A DNA stretch of 24,000 nt from the sequence record PQ092953.1; one strand, written 5' to 3'. The first letter of the stretch is position 1; each line of letters begins with the position of its first letter. Position numbers and translations under genes: made by a program. The DNA comes from Campylobacter phage CC_R7. The notes beneath the pieces are model-generated. The model ran no database searches. It saw only the letters and a program-made list of their open reading frames with translations, and was not told the DNA's origin. Shown here piece after piece: positions 17,268-24,000 of this stretch.

Positions 17268-18371
17268 ATGGCAGGTAAACTAATAGTAGAATTTAGCCTA
17301 GATACTAAATGTAACTTAGCTTGTAAATACTGTTATAGTGCGCATACACCACCAAATCCTATGTCTATAGACACCGCTATGAAATTCTTTGACAGAATTA
17401 ATTATATGTTAGATTATTATGATAAAGATAGCTACCATATTTCATACTTTGGTGGAGAACCTTTATTAAACTGGGAAGTTATTGAAGCAACTTTACCAAA
17501 ATTTCAAGAAGATCCAAGATGTGCTAGCTATGTTGTGATAACTAATGGCGCATTATTAGACCCTAAAAAAGTTCAGTTCTTAAAGGCTCATAATTGTGGA
17601 ATTTCACTAAGTTTTGATGGTCTGTGGCAAAATACTAATCGCCCAGTGGTTGAAGGAACATTTGAAGGGACTTTAGATTATTTTAAGCAAAATAAAGCAT
17701 TAATTCATAGTATTACAGATACCTGTAAAGTTATGATACAACCCAAGAATTTCACAACAATGACTGAAAATTTTGAGTTTTTTGTTAATGATTATAATTT
17801 TTTAAGACCCGATTTTTGTTTAGTTCGTGATAACATTTATACTAAAAGTCAAATAGAAACGTTTGCTATAGAAGTTGAAAGATTAGCACATAAAGTACTT
17901 GAATATCAACATAAAGGAATACCCGCAAGTGTAGGATTATTTGATTTATATGCTTTAGATATTTTAGCAGGTGCTAGATTTGGTAAAAGAGACCACGGTT
18001 GTTTCGTAGGAAATAATGGTTGTTTATATGCAGTGGATGGTAAATTTTGGCCTTGCGAAAGGTATAGATCAACTAATAAAATGGTTCTATACAGTCCAGA
18101 ATCCGGATTAAATCTAAAGAATCTTAAGTTTATGTCTAAATACGCAGACCCAAGAAAATTCAAGAAATGTATGAAGTGCGAAATTCGTGAATATTGTAAT
18201 GTTGGGTGTACACACCAAGAAATGAGAGAAGCTAAATTCGAAGGCAGAGAACCAATAGATTCTGTATGCCATTTATTTAAACATTCTTTTAAATGGGCTA
18301 TGTTTGTTTTTAAGAACTCTACTAAAGAATATAAAGATTATCTATATAGAAGACTTGAAGTTGGATCTTGA
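17268..18371 (+). CDS. Radical SAM/SPASM domain protein (anSME/peptide-maturase-like)
   Basis: 367 aa; CNLACKYCYS cluster motif, YFGGEPLLNW, VITNG, ISLSFDG; C-terminal SPASM-type cysteines C...GNNGC...WPCERY...CMKCEIREYCNVGC...C. Confidence 0.88.
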   Translation: MAGKLIVEFSLDTKCNLACKYCYSAHTPPNPMSIDTAMKFFDRINYMLDYYDKDSYHISYFGGEPLLNWEVIEATLPKFQEDPRCASYVVITNGALLDPKKVQFLKAHNCGISLSFDGLWQNTNRPVVEGTFEGTLDYFKQNKALIHSITDTCKVMIQPKNFTTMTENFEFFVNDYNFLRPDFCLVRDNIYTKSQIETFAIEVERLAHKVLEYQHKGIPASVGLFDLYALDILAGARFGKRDHGCFVGNNGCLYAVDGKFWPCERYRSTNKMVLYSPESGLNLKNLKFMSKYADPRKFKKCMKCEIREYCNVGCTHQEMREAKFEGREPIDSVCHLFKHSFKWAMFVFKNSTKEYKDYLYRRLEVGS

Positions 18372-18375
18372 CATA

Positions 18376-18565
18376 CTAAACATTTGACACTCGAGTGTTA
18401 TTTTATGGAGCTTCTAAACGTTTAACACTCGAGTGTTATTTTATGGAGCTTCTAAACGTTTAACACTCGAGTGTTATTTTATGGAGCTTCTAAACGTTTA
18501 ACACTCGAGTGTTATTTTATGGAGCTTCTAAACATCTAACACTATAGTGTTATTTTTAAAAGCCT
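18376..18565 (+). repeat. 38-bp tandem repeat, 5 units (3 identical, 2 diverged), each with a 16-bp dyad TAACACTCGAGTGTTA
   Basis: Units start at 18376, 18414, 18452, 18490, 18528 with exact 38-bp spacing; consensus CTAAACGTTTAACACTCGAGTGTTATTTTATGGAGCTT. Confidence 0.97.
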
Positions 18566-18592
18566 TTAATCAAAATTTAAGCAAAATTAGGA

Positions 18593-18598
18593 TATAAT
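18593..18598 (+). promoter_or_regulatory. Putative -10 box TATAAT for ORF 18604
   Basis: TTTAAGCAAAATTAGGATATAAT just upstream of ATG 18604. Confidence 0.35.
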
Positions 18599-18603
18599 TA
18601 ATT

Positions 18604-18942
18604 ATGGCAAATGTATTCGAACAATTTACAAACTGTCTCAAGGACAAAGATTATAACGAGAGTCTAGGTTTTAATAGCTTTATGTTTTGTAGGTTCTTAG
18701 GGTCAAGTCCTAGTACTTTACAATTAGCTAATGTTATTAATATATTATATAAAAGCCTGCCAGATGAAGCACAATATAATTTAGTAAGATATACAAAAAA
18801 TAAACCAAAATTTATAAGATTTGCGAAAGCATTAGCTGAATCAGAGTCTATCAAAGAAATACAATTAAAATATAAGGTAAATAAAGAAACTGCTAAATTA
18901 TATGCAAGTATTTTAGATTCTATACATGCACAAAAACCTTGA
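18604..18942 (+). CDS. Probable small clamp loader subunit (T4 gp62-like)
   Basis: 112 aa; pattern FNSFMFCRFLGSSPSTLQLANVIN...LPDEAQYN...KPKFIRFAKA...KYKVNKETAKLYASIL resembles gp62 'NxFMxNRxLSxxPxTxxxANxxN...QYdF...kRFsKW...yyGYSdrkA'. Confidence 0.5.
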   Translation: MANVFEQFTNCLKDKDYNESLGFNSFMFCRFLGSSPSTLQLANVINILYKSLPDEAQYNLVRYTKNKPKFIRFAKALAESESIKEIQLKYKVNKETAKLYASILDSIHAQKP

Positions 18943-18976
18943 TTAGTAGCAGAGCTAGCATTGCTAGCTCCAATAA

Positions 18977-19582
18977 TTAAAACATTACACTCCATTGAAT
19001 TCTGAATGCAACTGTTGATTCTTTTACTTTACCTTTAAAGGTTCTCATAGCAATTAGTTTATCACCACTATACAATCCAGCTTCTGTGTAAACAACACCA
19101 TCATTAGCGCAGTTGAAAGCATCTTGGGCAATGTTAATAGTATAAGTAACTACAGGCTCTGCTTGCTCGATACCAGTAACTGTAATATCTACTGTAGAGT
19201 TATTATTGGCACCGTCCTGAACGTTTGTGGCAGCAGTGTTAACCATATTACCACTTGGTGTGAAAATTACTTGGTTCCAAGTTCTATTAATATCACCTTG
19301 TTCTTGACCGCTGAAAATATCAGTAACAGATGCGGTAAATCCAGTAGTTTCATCTTTTGGGGTTAAAATATCAGAACCTTGGTGTCCTTTGGTGCCCATA
19401 ACAAATCTATTGATAGCATTACTTTCATTAATACCAGCAATCAATTTAGCAAATTCAGCTCTTGCTACATTTGTAATAAGGTTTTTCTGCTCGAATTTAT
19501 CGATAATATTACCACTAGCATCTAAACTTTCAATACAAAAATAACCTCTGGCAGGTGTTTTTTGAACTTCTTTAAAATTCAT
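18977..19582 (-). CDS. Probable tail/virion structural protein
   Basis: 201 aa; 'GTKGHQGSD', 'ETTGF', 'YTEAGLYSGDKLIAMRTFKG.V' patterns typical of phage tail/fibre-associated proteins. Confidence 0.45.
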   Translation of the reverse strand: MNFKEVQKTPARGYFCIESLDASGNIIDKFEQKNLITNVARAEFAKLIAGINESNAINRFVMGTKGHQGSDILTPKDETTGFTASVTDIFSGQEQGDINRTWNQVIFTPSGNMVNTAATNVQDGANNNSTVDITVTGIEQAEPVVTYTINIAQDAFNCANDGVVYTEAGLYSGDKLIAMRTFKGKVKESTVAFRIQWSVMF

Positions 19583-19637
19583 ATTAGGCCTTTATGATTT
19601 TTAATATATTTATTAGCTGTAATAAATAAAACAAAAA

Positions 19638-21125
19638 GTGAATGCAATGCAAAAAGATCAAATTGATATATCTATATTAAATGCAAACAAATATTTAACT
19701 AGCCAGGCAAGAAAAGAAGCTTTTATCTATGATAAAGTTAAAGTAGAAGAAAAATATGATGGTATTAAAGTAACTATAGTTCACATAGATAAAACTGGTG
19801 ATTACAAACAAGATTTTATTGTTTCATACAAATCTAATATTATATATCCCGATGAGTTTGAATACGCAGTCAAATCCAAAATAAGACCTGAAAGCATCAA
19901 TAATTCACAATTTACATACATTTTCGATATTCTTAAAAAATGTGACTCAAAGAGTTTACCTTTGAATTACGAATTCTTTGTAGAGTTCTTGATGAAAAAA
20001 CCTACATTACAACATAAGTATAAGAAGATGGGTGCAATTTTATTGGCTTATAGTCCTTGTGCTTATGAAGTCAAATTCGGAAGATTATTCACAAAACCAA
20101 AAGGTTTCTATACAGATTCAAGAGAAACTTATGCTAAGAAATTAGGATTTGATTATCCAAGAACTATATTTGAAGGTAATTTCGCCAATTTCGAACGTGG
20201 TATCAAATCTCAAGAACTTAATGATATTTTTAGAACTTATAAAAATCTTCTTAAAATAGAAAACATAGATTTATATATACAACAAATATCTGAAATGTTT
20301 CTTAAAATGGAATCTAAGTATGGTGGTAAACCTGAGGGTTATGTTTTAACTTATCCTGGATTCTTATTAAAAATTCAACAACCTTATCAAGTAGATCCTA
20401 AAGCAAGAGCAGAAACACGTTCACAATATCAAGGAGATCCTGATACTGAAAATGCTTATTGGGCTAATGTCAGATTAGCAGCTTTAAATATTATAGGGGC
20501 CAGCAATATCAAAGGTTCTTTAAATGAAATACTTCAAAAGTATGGTGAAGTCCTTAAGAAATATAAGTTGAATTTTACACATCCTAAAAAGACACAATTT
20601 CAAATAAAAGACGATATTCAGGGCAATATCAAAATGATCGTTATTAAAAGACTTAAAGGAAATAATAACTTTTTATTCTTAGGTAAGTTTAGAATTTTAA
20701 CTAAAGCTCATTATAATATTATTAAAAATGGATTAAAAAAATACGATAATGGTGTAGTTTGTTTAGTAACTTCAAAAGACACTAAAGAATTTGAAGATCT
20801 TAGATTAGAAATGTTAAAATCTTGCTTTCCTGAAATTGAAATCATACAGCATAGTACAGGAAATATTATTAGTATTATGAATAAATCAAAAATGAACATA
20901 AATGCTGTTTTATGTGGTAGTGATAGATATAATGACTACGTAAATCAATTAAGAGCTAATCCAGATATTCAAGTTGTTGAAACTCCGAGAGATACTGGCG
21001 CTATTTCTGCGACTGCAGTAATCGAGAATCTAAATTCAGAAATTTTCTTTAAAAGAAACACACCGAGTGAAATACATTCTATGTATAATAAAATAAAATA
21101 CCTTTATATAAAATTATATAAATAA
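19638..21125 (+). CDS. KxDG nucleic-acid ligase (RNA/DNA ligase superfamily) fused to a C-terminal nucleotidyltransferase-like domain
   Basis: 495 aa; motif I VEEKYDGIKV, EFFVEF, motif IV EGYVL, motif V-like LLKIQQPY; C-terminal FLGKFRILTKAHYNII ... VLCGSDR ... ISATAVIENL. Last codons lie in the IS left end. Confidence 0.7.
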   Translation: MNAMQKDQIDISILNANKYLTSQARKEAFIYDKVKVEEKYDGIKVTIVHIDKTGDYKQDFIVSYKSNIIYPDEFEYAVKSKIRPESINNSQFTYIFDILKKCDSKSLPLNYEFFVEFLMKKPTLQHKYKKMGAILLAYSPCAYEVKFGRLFTKPKGFYTDSRETYAKKLGFDYPRTIFEGNFANFERGIKSQELNDIFRTYKNLLKIENIDLYIQQISEMFLKMESKYGGKPEGYVLTYPGFLLKIQQPYQVDPKARAETRSQYQGDPDTENAYWANVRLAALNIIGASNIKGSLNEILQKYGEVLKKYKLNFTHPKKTQFQIKDDIQGNIKMIVIKRLKGNNNFLFLGKFRILTKAHYNIIKNGLKKYDNGVVCLVTSKDTKEFEDLRLEMLKSCFPEIEIIQHSTGNIISIMNKSKMNINAVLCGSDRYNDYVNQLRANPDIQVVETPRDTGAISATAVIENLNSEIFFKRNTPSEIHSMYNKIKYLYIKLYK

Positions 21126-21303
21126 ATGTAATTTTATATTGTTTATTATATACTTTTCTAACTTAAAAGTTACTTAAGATTATTAAATTATATAAATAAA
21201 CATAAAAATTGTATTTGTATTTTAATATTTCAAAAATTGAAAGTTTTGAAGTATAAATATGATTTTTAAATTCTAATATATTTTTATAGAATTTAAAAAT
21301 CAT

Positions 21304-22059
21304 ATTTCTTTTACTTTACATACAGATATAGAAAGTAAAGAAACAAGCGGGAGTGTAGGGATAGACCTAGGGATTAAAGACTTTGCTATTTGTAGTGATG
21401 GAACTATATATGAAAATAAAAGATTTTTTGAAAAATCTTTAAGAAAACTTAAGATTTCTCAAAGAAGTCTTAGTAGGAAACAAAAGGGTTCTAATAACAG
21501 AGAAAAACAAAGAATTAAAGTATCTAGATTACACAAAAAAGTAAAGAACCAAAGAAATGATTATCAACATAAAGTTTCAAGAGAGTTGGCTGATAAATTC
21601 AAAGTTATTTGTCTTGAGACTTTAAAAGTCAAGAATATGGTTAAGAACAAAAGACTTTCAAAAGCAATATCTGATGTTAGTTGGAGTTCTTTTATAGAAA
21701 AATTAAGTTATAAAGTAGCTGAAAACCAAGGCTGTTTAATTAAGATTGATACTTATTATCCTAGCAGTAAAACCTGTTTTAATTGTGGTTGTATTAAAGA
21801 AAATTTAAGTTTATCTGAAAGAACATACCATTGTAATGAATGTGGTTTTACGATTGATAGGGATTTGAATGCTAGTATAAATATACTAAATGTAGGATTA
21901 AAGAATATAGTGGCTACGGATACAACAGCCGGAACCACTCTAAAAAATCAAAGCTTGTGGAGTTCTTTTGAACCTCTAGAAAATCTAGAGAAGAACTGTG
22001 AAACAAGAAAAACTATTAAAAATGTAAAGAATTTTATAGTTCTTTATAAGATTTTATGA
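21304..22059 (+). pseudogene. tnpB: 5'-truncated tnpB; open frame without a good start, retains RuvC and zinc-finger half
   Basis: Reading frame from ISFTLHTDIESKETSGSVGIDLGIKDFAICSDG... through DRDLNASINILNVGL; ORF caller only finds it from TTG at 21586. Confidence 0.8.
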
Positions 22060-22073
22060 TAGTTTAGTTGATA
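21920..22073 (+). ncRNA. Candidate omegaRNA/right-end region of second element, hairpin CTCTAGA-AAA-TCTAGAG at 21974-21990
   Basis: Same hairpin stem as in copy 1 with a different loop; conserved tail AAAAATGTAAAGAATTTTATAGTTCTTTATAAGATTTTATGATAGTTTAGTTGATA. Confidence 0.4.
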
Positions 22074-22101
22074 ACAAAAAAAGTATTAGACAAGGGCTAA
22101 A

Positions 22102-23979
22102 ATGACTGAGTTAAGATTAAATGTAGATTCTAAAGATATCATAGAAGCCGGAGATTATAAATCTGCTCAAAGAGGTATGTTAACATTTTCTAAAAATGCT
22201 GTGTATTTGGGGGATGGTGATAAAGCTAATAAAATTATAGATGCAGAAAGCTTAAAAACCGAAATACCAAAATTAGTAGAATATATCAATATCTCAACCA
22301 ATAATGAAAAATTTGAAGAACTCAAAAAGCAAACATCATTAGAATATATATTTAAAAACTGGACTAAAGTTGGGTACACATGGAATAATAATACCAAAAA
22401 AATTGAAGTAAACAATTCAACTGCTATTACAGAGATAAATTCGTGGTATTTTGATCCGGTTACTAATTCAATAGTCAATCCAGTTAATTCAACAGCATAT
22501 ATATATTTGTTATCACCTATAGCTAAAGATAATTATTCAGTAACATTAGATTTAACTACAACATTTGGTGATAATGATTTGGTTATGCTATGTGTTGGTG
22601 AGGTTACTGTCAACGATGTTCCTTATAATCTATCATTTCTTAGAAATAAAAATGCTTCGGGTGCTGCTTGGATTTTAAAAATGAATGTGCTAAGTTGGTC
22701 TGTTGATGATAATGTCTTGTATTCATATACTCTAGATTCAAGTAAGAATGATTTCGTATTAAGTTTTTCTAATCAGTCAGCGGCTTACTTATCGGACCCT
22801 ATTGAATTAAAATTTGAAAGAAATGGTAATACTATCAAAGCTTGGACGGGTGGCGGCGGAACAAAAACTCCTAGAGAAGATACTCTAATTTCATATACAT
22901 TACCAAGTTCAAAACCATCAAATATGTCGAATGATATGTGGACTGCATTGAATCTTATTTTAGGTAAGCCGTGTGTTTACGGGCTAGGTTGTAACTCACA
23001 ACCGATGCATTTTAAAATAAAAGAACAGAATAACTTTAGTATAAATGATATATATAACGCAGTTGATAAAAAATTATATATGTGGAATGGATCAACTTGG
23101 GTAGGAACACCTAAGGAACTAGATATACCTAATAATACTCTAATAAGTAATCAATCTACTAAAGAAACTTTTTACTATTTTAATAATACATTCAATGAAT
23201 TAGTAAAAAATCCATTAGATATCATAGATAATAAAGTTGCTAAATTACTTACTTCAAATATGACTATCACCCTTGGGGGGGCAGAAGGATTTTCTAACGA
23301 TCGATATGGATTAATTAATGCTATTAATGAAGCTGGAAAATATAGATCTGTAAATGGTGCTAAAATTACCATTAAACTTCCTACAGATATAACATTATCT
23401 GATGGCATGCTGTTCCAATCCATTGATTTGAGACACGTGATTATTGAGGGTAGAAGTACTGCTGATAGAACCGTTTTAAAATTTGCTGATGGTGTGGCCG
23501 GTAAAATTATTTTTAATTTTGATTATTCTTCAGGGCCGACATTTAGGTATCTATCATTGCAAGATAATGCTAAACATTCTAATACAGGAATATTTTTAAA
23601 TAATAATTCAACAACTTCAATAGAAAACATTACAATAAATGGCTTTAAAAATGGTATTGAATTAAGAAATTCACGACTCACAACTAATGGAGCTGCTAAA
23701 ACAACCACTATTAGTAACTGTGCAGTTAACGGCGCTTATATAGTCATTAGTTCTATTTTTGAATTTGAAGATGGTATTTTTGATGGTAATAACATGGCGT
23801 GTGTTTGCGGTGCCTCTACTGCAAATTTAATTCGAGCGGAGATAAAAAATTCAACTACAGGTATACGCGTGGGCTCTGCAGGAATAGTTCAGGCTACCGG
23901 TTCTGTCTTAACCAATAATACTAAAGATTGTAATGTGGCTTATAACACAGTTACAAGTGCAGGTCTAGTTTTTAAATGA
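22102..23979 (+). CDS. Tail fibre/tailspike-like protein with predicted right-handed beta-helix
   Basis: 625 aa; N-terminal 'LRLNVDSKDIIEAGDYKSAQRGMLTFSKNAVYLGDG'; C-terminal repeats typical of beta-helix (GIFLNNNSTTSIENITINGFKNGIELRNS...). Confidence 0.6.
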   Translation: MTELRLNVDSKDIIEAGDYKSAQRGMLTFSKNAVYLGDGDKANKIIDAESLKTEIPKLVEYINISTNNEKFEELKKQTSLEYIFKNWTKVGYTWNNNTKKIEVNNSTAITEINSWYFDPVTNSIVNPVNSTAYIYLLSPIAKDNYSVTLDLTTTFGDNDLVMLCVGEVTVNDVPYNLSFLRNKNASGAAWILKMNVLSWSVDDNVLYSYTLDSSKNDFVLSFSNQSAAYLSDPIELKFERNGNTIKAWTGGGGTKTPREDTLISYTLPSSKPSNMSNDMWTALNLILGKPCVYGLGCNSQPMHFKIKEQNNFSINDIYNAVDKKLYMWNGSTWVGTPKELDIPNNTLISNQSTKETFYYFNNTFNELVKNPLDIIDNKVAKLLTSNMTITLGGAEGFSNDRYGLINAINEAGKYRSVNGAKITIKLPTDITLSDGMLFQSIDLRHVIIEGRSTADRTVLKFADGVAGKIIFNFDYSSGPTFRYLSLQDNAKHSNTGIFLNNNSTTSIENITINGFKNGIELRNSRLTTNGAAKTTTISNCAVNGAYIVISSIFEFEDGIFDGNNMACVCGASTANLIRAEIKNSTTGIRVGSAGIVQATGSVLTNNTKDCNVAYNTVTSAGLVFK

Positions 23980-24000
23980 TCTTGTTCTTGTTTACCGTTT

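Larger units (their letters stand above)
21088..22073 (+). mobile_element. Decayed IS200/IS605-family TnpB element (second copy)
   Basis: About 140 bp of left end is identical to the reverse complement of 4868-5008; right end matches the element at 3433; internal tnpB N-terminal half deleted. Confidence 0.85.

Noticed and set aside
18376-18565. CRISPR array
   Set aside because: Repeats are directly contiguous at 38-bp period with no unique spacers and no cas genes nearby.
18651-18995. Minus-strand ORF over the gp62-like gene
   Set aside because: The plus-strand frame has family-like motifs; the antisense frame looks like a shadow.
19124-19366. Plus-strand ORF inside the minus-strand structural gene
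   Set aside because: No family signal; the opposite strand has tail-protein-like repeats and a good start.
22167-23708. Minus-strand ORFs under the beta-helix tail gene (22167-22478, 23175-23423, 23523-23708)
   Set aside because: Shadow ORFs of a long, well-formed plus-strand CDS.
1-24000. tRNA genes
   Set aside because: I saw no convincing T-arm (GTTCRANNC) with acceptor and anticodon stems; tRNAscan-SE would be needed to exclude them fully.

Overview
This window is a segment of a strictly lytic-looking, T4-like (myovirus) phage genome. It is very AT-rich, and its promoters and gene content resemble phages of Campylobacterota; that host assignment is inference. Recognisable core genes are the large terminase, two zinc-knuckle baseplate hub-like proteins, the N-terminal half of the topoisomerase II large subunit, dUTPase, a primase-like TOPRIM protein, the gp44-like clamp loader, an RNase H/5'-3' exonuclease, a probable gp62-like small clamp loader, and tail or beta-helix proteins. 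Accessory content is a QueE-like radical SAM enzyme, a short UDP-sugar dehydrogenase, a short SDR epimerase, a radical SAM-SPASM maturase coupled to a small Cys-rich ORF, and a KxDG ligase apparently fused to a second nucleotidyltransferase-like domain. There are two IS200/IS605-type TnpB-only elements. One is full length on the minus strand (~3433-5008). The other is a decayed plus-strand copy (~21088-22073) whose left end supplies the 3' end of the ligase gene. The observations most worth follow-up are: (1) the SPASM maturase plus tiny Cys-rich ORF, a candidate phage peptide-modification system; (2) a 38-bp, 5-unit tandem array (18376-18565) with a 16-bp dyad whose centre changes symmetrically in the last unit; (3) the ligase-nucleotidyltransferase fusion; (4) the paired TnpB elements with a conserved right-end hairpin (candidate omegaRNA) and a left end that is almost unchanged while tnpB has diverged. 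All assignments come from reading motifs; no database search was run.
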